DNA of 64,000 bases from Botryllus schlosseri (lineage: Eukaryota): contig CM119372.1 of assembly GCA_051294905.1 (NCBI GenBank), positions 19,160,001 to 19,224,000 of the forward strand, read 5' to 3'. The position numbers and the translations under genes were made by a program. Positions 26,443 through 40,256 of the stretch are shown piece after piece; position 1 is the stretch's first letter, and each line of letters begins with the position of its first letter. A model generated the notes under the pieces. The model did no database searches. It was not told the origin of the DNA and was given only the letters and a program-made list of their open reading frames with translations.

Positions 26443-27269
26443 TTTCTGTCGACAAATGTATATATTTTGCACATGATTGTAGGATATCTTTTGAACTCAT
26501 AGAAGATGTTTTAAAAATATCTTTAATAAGTTTTGTGTTTGCTGGGATGTGATGTAATGAACAGAACAGACATTAGGATGCCGGAAGACCATAGTATCTC
26601 AATCCGGTTTCCACCTCAGCTTCGTGTAGGTTCGATCTTGATCTTGTCGCGTCTTCCATTTTCAGACAGCCCTTACTTTCTCGTTTTCATTCGATTCTTT
26701 GTTCCGTAATGTCTATAGTTCCGGTCCTTCAACTAGTCTCCTCTGCGCTTATCGACGACTTAGGGCCGAGTAGTACTAGGCTAAAGTAGCCCAGATAATC
26801 TCTGGTAATTGAACCCAAGCCGCTAGCGTTGTAGGTGGCGGAAGTCACCATTACGCTGGAGTTCCCTTGTTTGGATATTAGTAGAGATAGGTAACCAGCG
26901 ACAGTATTATGTTCCGGTAATATACAGCGATAAACTAAACACGCAAAAACGCAGCCGACCCGAAGTCCGTCAGCTCAGCAACGTCAGTACTCAGTATATG
27001 CCGGCGGCGCATAATTACGTCAGACATCAGATGCTGGCGGTGCTTAGTTACGTCACACAGTTCCGGACGAATAGCCTGGACTATGGCTGCGGGCTATTCA
27101 TCCGGTTCCGGACGAATAGCCACTGCCATATCTTATTGCTGCTATCGTCTAAACTGGCTTGAAGGTATAGCGACTTCATCCTAACCCTGATAGTACCTGG
27201 AACTCTATCTGCTGAGGTTCATGCTGGGGGTCTTTTCAAGATGTTTCATATATTTAATTGTGGAAAAGA

Positions 27270-27590
27270 GCATGCGTAATAATAATAATCGTTAAGCTAT
27301 ATTATTCATCTGAACAAGTCACACACAATGTAGAATGCGATAAGACACAATGCGATGTAATGAACAGATCGGAGGATATCGAACGACACGCAGTTGCGAT
27401 ATTTTTTTATACTGACATCCACCTCGGCCTAGAGTGCCGGATGTCACAGTTCTTTTCGATGTTGATCTTTTCGAAGCCACGTCCCTTTCTAGTTCGTTCC
27501 ATTCCTTGTGAGTGCTTTCTCTTTGTCGGGTCTTTTTCTGGACTTTTTTGTCGCCGTAAGAACGGCGACGGCGGGGGGATGCTAGCGCAT
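27270..27590 (-). mobile_element. SINE family A body
   Basis: Reverse-complement similarity to 7080-7340. Confidence 0.65.
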
Positions 27591-30270
27591 TGAGACTGCA
27601 GGAGTTACCGTTCCGGTATACCGGGATGCCGTACGACAAGAAGTCGAAAGGGTACAAGATAATTACAAATACAATAAACACAACATCCGTCCAAGCGCCA
27701 CTGATTTCATTTGCTCAGCAGAACCTCACATCACGAAATAGTGCACCTATATCAGCTATATACGACAGTACCGGTACTACGGTATTTGGCGGGTGTTGCC
27801 TGCAGTTGGCTGCTCGACCGTGAAAATTGACACTTAAGTCTGGTGGTGCGCTGACTTAGATTTGAGTGCCGATCTGGACGCATTTGAGTGTGAGTATACT
27901 TTTTGGCGTGAGTTGAGTAACGAAATCGTTGCTGAGTAGAGAATCGCTACTCAGCAGAGAAATTGGGCTCCACCCTATGTCCTCTTTTTTGAGGTTTTTG
28001 AAAATGTCCTCGGAGGATGCCTAGTTGTCCTCCTTTTTGAGATTTTGTTTTCTTTTTTGAGAATTTTGGTTAAATATAGGGCAAAATTCGATTGAGATAC
28101 AGTAAATCAGCACTCAAGAAACGCTCCGGTGGCTATATCGGCAGTTGTGCGAGAAAGTTGACTTTTTTTCAAGTCAACCGACCACGCAGTGGTAAAAATT
28201 TACCATTTTTTCAAGATTTTCCTCCGGTATTCTAAGTTTGAAAATTTTGAAAAAGTGTCCTCTTTTCGCGATTCCAAAATATGGTAACCCTATTATAAAG
28301 GCTATGATAATATCCATTAAGAAATGATATGCAATACACCTTTGCGATGTATACATTTTTATTATACATTCTTTGTGATGTCGGGTTACCATATTTTTCT
28401 GGCCCAAATTCCTGACGCTCTTTAGCGCCTACTAGCGGATTTCAAAATGAGCTATGAGCACATTGTCGATCGATTTGCCGTCACACCAGCAAAGGTTTGT
28501 CTATCGACAAGAGGTGGTCACGATCCGGTTCAGGAGGATGTGGTTGTGCGTTGTAAGTTGTAACCAGGACCGAAGCCACATTTGTTCAGCCCCCTCCCGC
28601 CCAAATAAACACTGATCTTGAGCCCACCGCAGGGTAATCGATGCCACTTCCGGGATTTACTGTATGCCTCTGGTCGTTAAATGACTTGAATGAATTATTT
28701 CAATAATATTGGTTCTTCCATATATTAATGTATAATTTTGATCCTCTCTCCACCCAGATGATCAGAGTTTGCGGCAGTGGCAGTGGCGTGGCAATCACTT
28801 GGCGAATATGGCTCTGCGTCATATGGGCGGCAGGCTACTAGGGGCGGCAAAATGTGAGGTGATGACCTTTTTTTAGTAAACACAACAAGATTTCCAGTAA
28901 CTGCGAAATTGAATAGATCGAAACTATTACAAAATTTGACGGCATTTTCAACGAAAGTCATGGGCGGCAGCTTATATGCTGCTACGCCACAGGTTAGCGA
29001 TAGAGCTGGTGGAGGGGAATGACTTCGAAAATACAAGGAGCGTAATAGTAGCCTACATCGTTAAGTCATGTTCATATCACAACGATAATATTATTTATCA
29101 GTTTAAGGCAGGTGCGCACTGCACCACTGAGCTATATAAACACCGCACATCCGGTGATTTCCAACCTTTCATGGTCGCGACTCCATTTCCAATTTGAAAA
29201 TGTTCCGTGGCTCAGCTCAAAATTGGATGAGCTGATTACAAATTAAAGGTCGGCATATTTGCTAAGACTTACTCACGGGCTATTTTGGAAGATGATTTCG
29301 TTCAGCATCTTCGTGAACCACAGAATAAAGGTAAACTACCCCAGGTTTAGAACCACTATCTTCAAATAATGTATCCAAACGGCCTAAACCGACTCTGTGA
29401 AATTACCGTTATCTTGTAATTGCGATAACAATTAGACTTGAAATGAATGTCATTTCTACTTATTTTTGATCGCAGTTTTTGCGAGGGTGGTAATCCCCAT
29501 ATATTAAGACTAGAGGTCGACCGATATTGATTTTTACAGGCCGATACCGATACCGATATTTCGACGCTCACAAGGCCGATAACCGATATCATAGGCCGAT
29601 ATTAATATGGAAGGAGCAGCCCAGCAAACACAGTACAGACCAAAGATGTAGAAAAGCCGAGCCGATATAGTAGATATTAGATCTCGGCAGGTCGTAGAAA
29701 GGGGGATTTTGTGTCGACTCAATTCAACGTCTTTTCCATGTCCTTCAATAATGTAAATATTATGCAGATGCTACAGCCTTTAAACATGGTGAGTAGAATG
29801 TAGATCCTACGTTAGAAGAAGAAGATCCTGATATAATAACCTGTTTTCTACCACTATGGGCTTAACCTGATCACGGCTGCGTACACACACCACATTATTT
29901 ACTACATATTAATCACATTTGTGATAATTTAATTTCAAACGAATTGGCAATAATGCCGTTATAAAAAATAAAACGAACAAACGAACGAATGTCTTTAGAA
30001 AGAAAGTGAAAACAGTCCTTATAATCAGGTTTCATCTTCTGATGAGCCAGTTAAATAACCAGCATGCGGCCTTTTCTTTTCAACACCCTGCAGAAATAAA
30101 ATGAAAATGATGATTAATAGCTAAGACATTCCTATTGCGAAAATGGCAGAGGTAGCGACTAACGAATGACTCCTACATTTTTTTCGCCCATACCTACTAA
30201 AATGGATTCGATTCTGAACTATTTCCACTCAAGTTTTCAAGTTTTATTATTATATTTTTTAATATTATAT

Positions 30271-30480
30271 GACTAGAGAACTGACTTCAATCGTCACTTC
30301 TACTTGATTATCAAGATCAACGATGACTACTTCAGCACTCTTTGAAAACAGCCACTAACACAAAAAGAATTCTTGACTAGAGAACTGACTTCAATCGCCA
30401 CTTCTACTTGTGTATCAAGATCAACGATGACTACTTCAGGAATCTTTGAAAACAGCTACTAACACATATTGTCACTTGAC
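30271..30480. repeat. 104-bp tandem duplication
   Basis: GACTAGAGAACTGACTTCAATCG at 30271 and 30375. Confidence 0.9.
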
Positions 30481-31871
30481 TATATTGCGGGCTTGTTGTA
30501 TTTCGCTGGGCTAAGTTTGCGAGGACTGGGCTATTCGGCACATGGACATATCGATATCGAAAGATGCGAGCAGCATGCATCAATCATTTCGTGCCTAGGT
30601 TTCATAGTCGACGGTCTTACTGCGAGCGCAAACTCAATGTCGCATATGTTGAACGACAATTTGTCTCGTAATCGTGAATATAGTTTGACTTAATCTGATA
30701 CAGTAGGAGTTCTTCCATTTTCACAAAAGGGCAACAATATTAAAAACAAGAAATCGAGTGACAACATGTTGCGCCAAGCTTGTAGAAAATTTTTACCTTT
30801 GATAAATCTATCGCTAATTATTCTGCTTTATTGTAGTGTACGAAGATATACCAATATGTGAATGGCTGATCGATCTGTCAATGTGCCGGAACTGATATTT
30901 TAGTCATCACATCTCAAATGTTGCGGCCAGACCAATCAAATTTTTGGTTGGCCTTGCATGTTCAATTGCAATCAATTTTTGATGATATTAGAAATTTCGG
31001 AAATTGCCTCGCGGGCCACTCAAAACCTTCTCCCGGGCCACATGTGGCCCGCGGGCCACGGGTTGGCCGGCCCTGATTTACGGTGACCGATTCTTTGTTT
31101 ACTTATTAAAGTTGTGCTCACCGTAAGTACTATTTTATTAAAATCCAAATTTTTCGACAGCAATAACTCCGCTTCCACTGGTTGGAATTGAACCAAATTT
31201 GGTGAGCATCGTTTCTATAGACAGCTTAACACTTTCATGGGGTTAACAGAAAATCTTCAAATTTTTTATTATTCATTTTTATATAATAAATAGGAACTTT
31301 CTTCTCTTGTAGCAAAGCGGATACTGGCTGGAATTGAACCAAATTTTGTTTGTAGGCTTAAATTAGGTAACCTAACAATTTTATCAAGTAGCCAGTACGA
31401 TTTGAGAAAAAAAGTCATTTTTGAAGAGCCCTACTGTTCATGACCGTCCACGTTTAGAGTTGCATCTCAAAGATGCTAAAATAAGCCTAAATATAATCCA
31501 AGAAATACGATCGTCCACTTTGACTGACTGAATTTCTAAAAACACCTTGATAGCTTCCACATCTTACGTTTATATATACCGTCTGCTATCGGCACAACAA
31601 AGTAGGCCTATTTAAAAATAACAAAACAGATTCAACATACCACATCTCTTGCAAAGGCTTTTGCTTTCATTCAATTTGCCATCAAATCTCTTTAAATGCT
31701 CCTTTGTGGTGAGTTGCTTTGGAATTCTTCTAGGATCAATTCCGATATCGTTTTATCATGTACAATCTATGGCGGAATAAAAGTTTCTGATAAGTTCTAA
31801 AACGAACACAATTTTCCACACAAAAGTCAATTGCCACACGAAATGCCAAATGCTACGGTCTCATTTTACAA

Positions 31872-33050
31872 GGTATGGCGAGGAAACGTAGTGGTACGTT
31901 CCATTATAGCTAAACACCAATGAATTGCGGGTTCGAGCGTGACACGTCGACTCCATAATTCCTACCGAAGTGTTGGCCGTTTATCTAGGCTCCTCCTCGC
32001 CATCTGATTCGCATAGCCATGTCTTAAAAAGCCTAGGAGTGGGCCGTCCTATAAGTGGGCAGATGGTTGCCGATGCACTCGGCACTTGGTGAATTCGGCC
32101 GCACAAACTCGCCACTTGGTGAATTCGGCCCTCGGGAAATTTTGAAATGAAGTGTATTAACAGCTATTAATATGAATTATCAAACTAATAATAGTATTAT
32201 CAAGTGATTCGTCAATCTTGTAAGGAGGTCAGGGCATCCGTAGATCGCGCAGTCACGGCGTGATTAGACCACGGATTGCGTAGCCACGGGAAATAACACA
32301 GCGCTCATATACCGACCACGCGCGGTCTGCTTGGAATCGATGGCGTGAGTCACGGGCCTGTGTCGTGTAAGTTTTGAGAAGATGGATCTTGGCGTTGTAT
32401 GTGAGATCAAAACTGTGGAACATCAAGCGGCGCTTCTTCGTTTATCGATCACGACAAGCCAGTGTTCCTCATCAACAAATGTTTCGCATGATCACGTCAA
32501 AATAAATTATTTTTGCCTTTGGAGAGACGATTCCACTCTGGGATTAGGGTGTCTCGATAACACGGTTGAAGGATCCCAAGATTACGAGATCTACCTTGAG
32601 CCACGTCATGTTTAAATTTCCTTTTTGATACTGTTCATTCATATTAAATGCATTTCTAATGCGAAGGTGTTCTAGTGCCAATTCCTCCAAGGGCCGAGTT
32701 CACCAAGTGAAGAGCGTCGCGTTATTTCCCGCAATTACGCAATCTGTGATCTAATCACGCCGTGACTGTGTGATCTACGCATGCCCTGACCACCGTACAA
32801 CATTGACAACCACTCAAAGTGCCAAGTTCACCGGCAAACATTCCAGTAACCAATAATGGTGACCGGTACCGCTACGAGATCTACCACGGCCGAATTCACC
32901 AAGTGCCGAGTTTGTGCGGCCGAATTCACTAAGTGCCGAGTTCACTGGTAATCGGGCAGATACGGAATAATAATAATAAGAACCGGCCTGGTGTAAAATG
33001 ACCAGTGTAGTCGAACCACCACCATGAACACCACAAACAAACAAATAAAC
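31872..33050 (+). mobile_element. tRNA-derived SINE family B, split by a MITE
   Basis: A/B-box-like head and (CAAA)n tail; partial copies at ~4190-4320, 7800-8005, 40835-41010 and 50845-50975. Confidence 0.7.
32065..32953. mobile_element. Merlin/Mutator-like MITE
   Basis: Inverted ends with repeated CACTTGGTGAATTCGGCC; 8-bp TSD GGGCAGAT. Confidence 0.8.
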
Positions 33051-35314
33051 ATCTAACATGGAAAAGAAATTACCTTTGCAGCCTTTGACAAACATGCAGT
33101 TACCATTGAAACCAGCAATTTAGGTCTTATTCGAAAGCAGAATAACAACTGTTTTAGTGGACATATCAAATCAAATGTTGGAAAGTTCATGTAAAATAGC
33201 CCAAAATATTATCTTACTGTGACCATATTCCATCAATATGGTCTGGCTAGCCAAATTCTCTGGGCCAACATAAACAAGCTGCGTTTGGTTTCAACGATTA
33301 ATAATCTTGTCACTGGATTCGAGGTATAATTGCACTCAAATATCAAATTTTGCTCCATTAATCAACATCAAGTTGAAAATGTCCATTCTTGCACCAACTT
33401 TTATAAAATCATGAATCAGTGTTCTACAGGAATGTATCTATATGACTTATATACCTAGAAAATTCAAGCATAAATATTATGATATACCGTAGGTATAGGT
33501 ACCGGTAATTCAGATGCTTAAAGCGAATTATAGTGGTCTAATTTCACTAAATTAGAGCGAAATGCCAGCAATATAATTGTAATCTAATTCGGAAAAAACG
33601 GTTTAGCTCTAATTCTAACCTGGAAAAGCTGAAACTTTTCTATAGTTGTCTACACCTGTTTTGTAGAAAGTCAAACAGCTCTAGGCGTCATATACTACAG
33701 GCAATTCGAAATACCCCATAAGCTATATGCTACTGCATATATACCTTTAACCCGCTACCTCAGTCAGTCACAATTCCTATATATTTACGGCATTTACCAT
33801 ACAGAAAGAGCGAACTGTGCCTGGCTGCGACCTGTTGCGCGTCAAATCTTTGTATGGCGCGATGACGTAAAATTTGAATCGCCGAAATATTCTAGAAGTC
33901 ACGCATCGATAATCATATTCCTAAACGTACAACATCTGACTTATTTAGTTATTCTCTGAATAAAACTATTAGCCATACTCGTTGAACATGCGAGATTACC
34001 GAAAGAGCGAATATATATATAATGAAGATCATATATATCAGAAGAAAACAGAACTATTCGACCTTAGAGCAACAACACGAATATACAACACCGGTGACAT
34101 CCTCACGCAATAAAACGAAGGGAGAACATTGTTTTCTAATAGATAGAACGAAGCTACCGCATGAGATCGAACAAAACCGGATAGAATTCATCGTGATTGA
34201 ATGTACCGACAAAGTCATCCTTTCTACGTATTTTAGTCGTACCCTCGAGAGATAGAAAATTTGCATTATTAGGTTAACTACCGGATATAACGAAGCCTAA
34301 TGCATGAGATGGAACAACACCGAGTATGAATTTATTCTGATTGAATATAACCACAAGACCATCCTACTACGTATTTTAGACATTCCCTCGACACTTAGAA
34401 AATCAGAACCTAATCGAGATGATCCCGGATGATCCTTTTACGGTTTTGTGTTTGCTGGGAGAGAACTATTTCGCCAAAAATATTATATATTAGGCAAGGT
34501 GGCACTTGTTCATGCCACAGAAAGGTGAACAACAAACGAGAAAACTGAAATCGAAAAGACTTATTCCTTAATTGTGAACATTCGTTGAAATTTGGGATAA
34601 CCCGAAAATCAAAACATGATACAGAATTGCAGATCAGTTCAGAAAAGGTAGATTGTAGTTAGATATAAAATATCGGTCGCGATATCGGCCTAGATTGGCC
34701 GATACCGATATTCGAGAAAGTTCCAAATATCGGCGCCGATAATCGGCCAAGCCGATAATCGGTCGACCTCTAATTAAGACCGACATGTGTGATACTAAAC
34801 TACGAGTGGCGCGAAAAAAATCATGAAGCATAGATCTGCCCCCAAATTTTTTTATTTATATTGATTTACGAAAAAATTATGAGCTTACTTCAAGCCTTCA
34901 AAATTCCGGACATTTCTGCATATTTTTGAAATTCGTCCCGGACGCAGTTTCAACAGTGAAATTCCGGACGTATGGTAACCCTGATGTATATATATATTAC
35001 TATAAATCTTTATCCTCTCGGAATTGTCAGATTTTCCGGTAGAGCTGCTGAGTGAGGTGTCGTCTTCGGAAATGCAGGGCACGTAGAAAGAAATAAACGT
35101 ATTCGTGTGGGCCTGTTGAAATAATTACTTCGTTGCCAGGATCGTAACTAGCGCACCCCAAACCACCCACTTCGGGGGCGAGCTCGAAGGGGGCCCAATA
35201 TTATTTCGTGAATTACCAAAAATTATAAAGTTCTTTTTTTGAAAATTTATGCAACTTTTTCAAAATTAAAAAAAAAGTCATTGCGGACCGGGGATTGAGA
35301 ACGACCGATTTAGG

Positions 35315-35660
35315 CGGGGAAGATAGTAGATACCGTCGGGGTGATCGACGGCGCCATCTAAGCAGGCGGACTGGGTTCGATTCGGGCCGTTACCGTTGTT
35401 TTTACGGCGACAAAAAAAGACCATAAAAAGACCCGAAGAAGAAAGGAGAAGAGCAAGCAATGGCTTCTAAAAAGGACCGACGAAGAAAGGAATACACCGA
35501 AGAAGACAGTGGCATCGAGGTGGATGCCAGTTAAGGAGACCCCAACTAGTTGGTCGTTCGGCATCCCTCTATCTGTTCATTACATCGCATTGTGTATCTT
35601 TTATATCGCATTGTACATTGTGTGTGTGTCTTGGGCTGATGAAAATATAACCTGACGATT
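35315..35660 (+). mobile_element. SINE family A copy
   Basis: B box GGTTCGATTC and shared body/tail. Confidence 0.65.
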
Positions 35661-36106
35661 AATCGAACATATTAAGACATCCAATTAGTTCCACAAAATA
35701 TGATAGCTATGACTAGACGAGATAGTCACAGTGCCACTCACGAAGTCATTCTATAAGTATAAACTTTTTTGTAGTTTCTTGGCGATCGTATATTGCCCTT
35801 TCACGGACCCCCTAAAACCAGCTCACGGCCCCCGGAGACAGTCGGTGCCTAATATAGTCCCGCACGCGCGGTCTGCACACTCATATACTGAAGCATCCCA
35901 ACGGCCTCAAGCGATATAGTAACAGTAAATTCCTCGAAGCGCAACAGAGACTGTTTTATTGAATAGAAGAAAAACTTCTCAAGCTGAATAAATCTCTAAT
36001 TCTCTACTTCGAATACTTACCAATACATTGGACCTATAGCAGTCGGCAGGTAATTTTGATAATTACCGCACTGGTTATTCAGAACCTTCGGTCCGTGGGT
36101 CACTTT

Positions 36107-37352
36107 CAGAGGTGGTCAGTAACGAAGTATTTCTACTTGTTGGAAGTACTTAAGCAGTTTTCCTCTACTTCTGGTACTTACGCAAGTAGATCTGATTTTC
36201 TCTACTGCTACTTCTAATTCGTAATATTTTGTGATCTACTTACTTGCTTTTCGCTATTTTCACTGTGTCGAGTAGAAGTAGTTTAATCCACCAATCAGGA
36301 AGATAGCCCGAGGAATTTCGAGGCTGTTTTCACGGATTATCAACATTTAATTTTCATAAAAGTTGAGTGAAGCTCAGAATTTTCGTTGCGCTTGGCGCTC
36401 AGTGGATACGGTGTAATTAACCATTATGATTCCACGAAAGTATCGGTCAATGTAATTTAGGTAGCGGGTTGACGTGGCTCTGATCAAATCGGATTGCCAC
36501 CCTTCGCCCATATGAAATATTTCATCTCATTATATATGGCTCATCATAACATTTGAAACCGATGTTTCGCAATCTAGCATTTACTTATCATATCGTATTC
36601 TAGCAGTCCATGGCGTGTCCTAATCTGGAAAAGAGGACGCTGACTTTTTTTTGTAGTTTTAGAGCTGTGTTAGCATAGCACCTTTGAAACTTTCTGGAGT
36701 AAAGACATGAAATATATTTTCCGCTTAAGAAGTAGGATTTATATTTTACTTTTAATTCCCCGTATCATATGCTTTGAGCTCTAATTACTATAAGTTCTTT
36801 TGCCTGGATAACATACATGTTGAAGTATAAAAGCAAGCGTAGTAATGCCTTTAATTTCCATATTTCTTATAAACGTTTACTAATCACGCAAAGTGTTTAC
36901 ACCGTATCCTATACAACTTCTCCGTATTGCTCTTCGGCTAAACTACGGGCCTGATAATATGGGGGAGTGCGCCATACCATGATAGTTTCTAAAACGTGCT
37001 GTTCGATTAAACAAAGAATTAGTATCGCATTTCCATTTCAATACTATCATTTTCATCCCATGATGCGGACGAATGCTCATGCTGTCGACAATTGAATACC
37101 TCCTGGTATGCATCAATATGAATCAAGCTCGGCACCTTTTGCATAGCTCAATTCGCACCTTTTGACAATCCATGAGAACAAATTGCGATCGTTGTCACAA
37201 CTACTTACTTGAATAGATTTAAAGTCAGTCAATTCTACTTCTACTTCAAATAGTTTGAGGTTGCTTATGGAAGAAGTACTTCTACTCGTACTTGAGTAGA
37301 TCTTTCCTCGCTACTTATACTTCTAGTTTCGTGACTACTTTGACCACCTCTG
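36107..37352. mobile_element. Old TIR element (CAGAGGTGGTCA) with TACTT subterminal repeats and decayed coding-like cargo
   Basis: Inverted ends; interior homologous to ~50030-50661; no TSD retained. Confidence 0.65.
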
Positions 37353-40188
37353 ATTGTGCAATGTGCATATGTAAATTTCGATATCACGGGCTAAACTTAC
37401 TTCACTTCTATGTCATTCACCTCGGTCTAGCTATAAGTAAGTGAACTAGCATATTATTATATAGGACACAAAAGCGCACAGCGAAAAGTACAGGCCTGCG
37501 CAATGTTTGTTACCAGGCAAGTGAATTGAGCGAATCTCTGGCTCCGCCGCGATAATAAGATTAAACAAAGGAATACGCTACCAGTGTGAGCTGAACAATA
37601 AGGCGCGAATACGAGACAGAAATGCTTTCTTTTACTACAGAACATGCATAGATCAACTCATCCATGTTTGTTTCGCGTGTAAGCGTTCACAAGGAGGCTC
37701 GGGACAGACCTTGATCAAACATACAGTTATTGTCTTGTTTAATCATTTACTCTTCAGACGGTGTTATAGTTATAGTTTCACCGGGGTTAGGCCATCGGCA
37801 ATCAATATGTTTATCGGCAGATGTAGTTACTTACTAAATGCCTATTAGATTCCCATGTCACGTATCGACCAAGGAAATGGATTTCCGATATAAAATAGTC
37901 CGATTCGAAACGGATGTAATAGTAGCCTATATTGCAACATTTTAAAATCAAAAGTCTGCGGAAACAATGTTGGTAATTGTTTTTTTTTTAACAAACATGT
38001 ATTCATGTTGTTTATAAACGGGGGTCACTAATCGAAGATGGCCTGATGCGTAACAGAATGCATGGATTGGGCATGCGATTTGAAGCTCGCAAAGCCAACG
38101 ATGCAGTCATGATCTTGAACTTCTTGGTGTATTTTCATTTATACCATTATCTTGCTCCCCACCCGGGATGTTTTATTTGCGTTAACGTATTTATATATCA
38201 ACCCACAATTCCGTTGCGACATCCCTTGCTAATCACAGCTCCGACCACCGACTAAAGTGATTCCGGCACAGTGTCCTCGTAATCTGAACTGCCGACGCAG
38301 TAACAACCGATCGGATTGCTTGTTGTATTTCCGCATCTAGCAGGTGGCCTGCAAGAAATGATAATGACTTGCCTATGTCTTCACGATGTGCCAACCTAAA
38401 ATGTAGCCTTTAGCGATTGACTCAAGAATTTCATCCTTCTCTTACCATGTAATAATTCTATTTTACTGTATTGCACGGCCTTTCATTTGTTATTTGCTGT
38501 GCCGCAACTCCGCAAGTCGTAAATTCCGCCAAAGTAAAATGTAAATACTAGCTGAGTACGCATTTCACGCACTTGAAAGTACTTTATTGTACACTCTTGT
38601 GCGTACTAGTATCTGAAAATAACCTTTCTATTTAACGAGATCTGTTGGGCTGTCATGGTTTATTTCACCTCATTCGCTGTCAAAGGACGCCATATAATGT
38701 AAAGGCAGGTGCGATTATATTCAATTAGCAGGTCACTGAGCTATACGTCCGTAAGGGTTTTGACCGATCTATTGGAGTATTTGGCGTTCATATAAGCAAT
38801 GTAACTAAGTACAGAATATCGTCTATTTGCAGATAACAGGAAACGAAATTTGAAATGATAAACAACTTCTCTATCTACGGATTTTAGGTATTTGTCTAAT
38901 AATGGTATTATATTTACGATGTCTGGCTGCGATCTCAGGGCACATATCGTATTACTGGCGCGACTGGTGTGTCAAAGGGTCCTTCAATCGGACATGAGCA
39001 TAACTAAGGCACTTATGTTGTATGGCCTAATTGATCGAAGATAAATGGAATCTTATATGAACAATAAAGCCACGCTCAGCTAGATCATGCGCGTACAGAC
39101 GCTAATACTGAATGGAATATTGAGCTGAGGCCGTAAGAATCGATCACTTCCAAGAAATCTAGAATCATTAATCGGCTATGGCTTGTGACAGGGTATATTT
39201 AAAGTGAGGTAGCAGGAGTATACACGCCAGAGAGTTTCATATAATAGTGTTCAAGCGCCTTAATACGGGCGTTGCCGTGAATTAGCACGTTTGGCGATGT
39301 AGAAACCATTGGATGTTGGTGTTTGCTTAACCCGGCTGTGTTGATATCTCCCAGCGGTAACGAATATAATCTATTCATAAGCAAGGTTTCATGGGATAAA
39401 TTGCTGACACACATCTGGCTTTGTATGAATTAAGGTATGTTGTTTAATATTTGATTTGAATTCTTTTTCTTGGACTTAGATAATCACAAATATCATGGCA
39501 GTCAATAAGTATCGCGGAGAGGTGGAGATAGCATAAATCGTATACTGTCCTTCATTGCGAGTGCATCGTCATGTTGTACAGTTCAATAACCTCATTAATA
39601 ACAGTACTTGATTCAACCGATCTAAGTTAGTATATTTGTTGGTGGCTAAGTTACCACTACTTTAATTGTTCTGAGGCGTGAGCTATGTTGAGTTCAAGGT
39701 AATGAGAATGCACTGGAACAGTGTGCGAATGGTGGCATTCGTCTATTGAGTGACTTCTTATAGGGTAGCTAGGTATCCAGTGGTATTAAACAAGGTATTT
39801 GTTTTAAATATCGTGACGATGGCCTCTGCCATGTCCGTACCTTCGAATTCGTTGAATCTATCTCTGTTGCAGAAAATTGTTATTCGGCGAGCAATGAAGC
39901 AAACAGAATGACGTGGTTCAGTTGGATTCGTATTATTTTGATTATCCCTGGACATGGCATATAGCTATAGGATGGAAAAGGCACCCTTGCCCCTTCATCA
40001 TTGTCTGCTTTATAACTTGTGTCTTCATATTTGTTACGTTCACACGGCATAGCCGTGACGTCACGTCATCTGTCTCTCGCAAACCCGTTTGGTTGAGTTC
40101 TCGTACAATGACATAGGTCTATGTCACACAATGTACCAATTGATGATAATTTTTGCCTTTATTAGGGTCTACACTAGAACGAAGACAA

Positions 40189-40256
40189 ATGTCGGAACTC
40201 GAGTTGAAACGACAGCTTTTCGAGGCAAAACAAGAGACAAAAAGATGGCAACTGAG
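40189..40256 (+). CDS. Uncharacterised coiled-coil protein, first coding exon (MSELELKRQLFEAKQETKRWQLR)
   Basis: Acceptor TTTATTAG at 40165, ATG at 40189, AG|GTGATC donor; phase 2 fits the next exon. Further upstream coding exons cannot be excluded. Confidence 0.65.

Larger units (their letters stand above)
18496..26546. mobile_element. EnSpm/CACTA-like element (CCCAGCAAACAC TIR)
   Basis: 12-bp TIR, 2-bp TSD AT, subterminal tandem arrays at both ends. Confidence 0.7.
16737..27127. mobile_element. Merlin- or Mutator-like TIR element
   Basis: TIR of more than 80 bp starting GGCAGTGGCTATTCGTCCGGAA with internal repeats; 9-bp TSD ATATCTTAT. Confidence 0.8.
16027..27975. mobile_element. PIF/Harbinger-like element
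   Basis: TIR GGGTGGAGCCCAATT; 3-bp TSD TAT splits the host MITE motif GAGGA-TAT-GTCCTC. Confidence 0.7.
15987..28292. mobile_element. hAT MITE (TAGGGTTACCAT TIR) expanded to 12.3 kb by nested insertions
   Basis: 8-bp TSD TTATAAAG at 15979-15986 and 28293-28300; an uninterrupted relative lies at 57092-57540. Confidence 0.85.
30025..33454 (-). pseudogene. Decayed 4-exon passenger gene inside the EnSpm-like element
   Basis: Exons 33454-33218, 33148-33074, 31766-31641 and 30087-30025 have canonical GT-AG sites and all join in phase 0; several in-frame stops. Confidence 0.4.
29620..34459. mobile_element. Second EnSpm/CACTA-like element (CCCAGCAAACACA TIR)
   Basis: 13-bp TIR, 2-bp TSD AG, diverged tandem repeats at ~34000-34400. 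Confidence 0.7.
29511..34772. mobile_element. hAT MITE (TAGAGGTCGACCGAT TIR) expanded by a nested element
   Basis: 8-bp TSD ATTAAGAC; CCGATA subterminal repeats. Confidence 0.88.

Noticed and set aside
30088..33074. snoRNA host gene
   Set aside because: No properly spaced C/D or H/ACA box pair was found in the candidate introns.
36900..36960. GH19 chitinase motif (PIQL..NYGP)
   Set aside because: The spacing differs from RGPIQLSWNYNYG and the flanks show no chitinase similarity.
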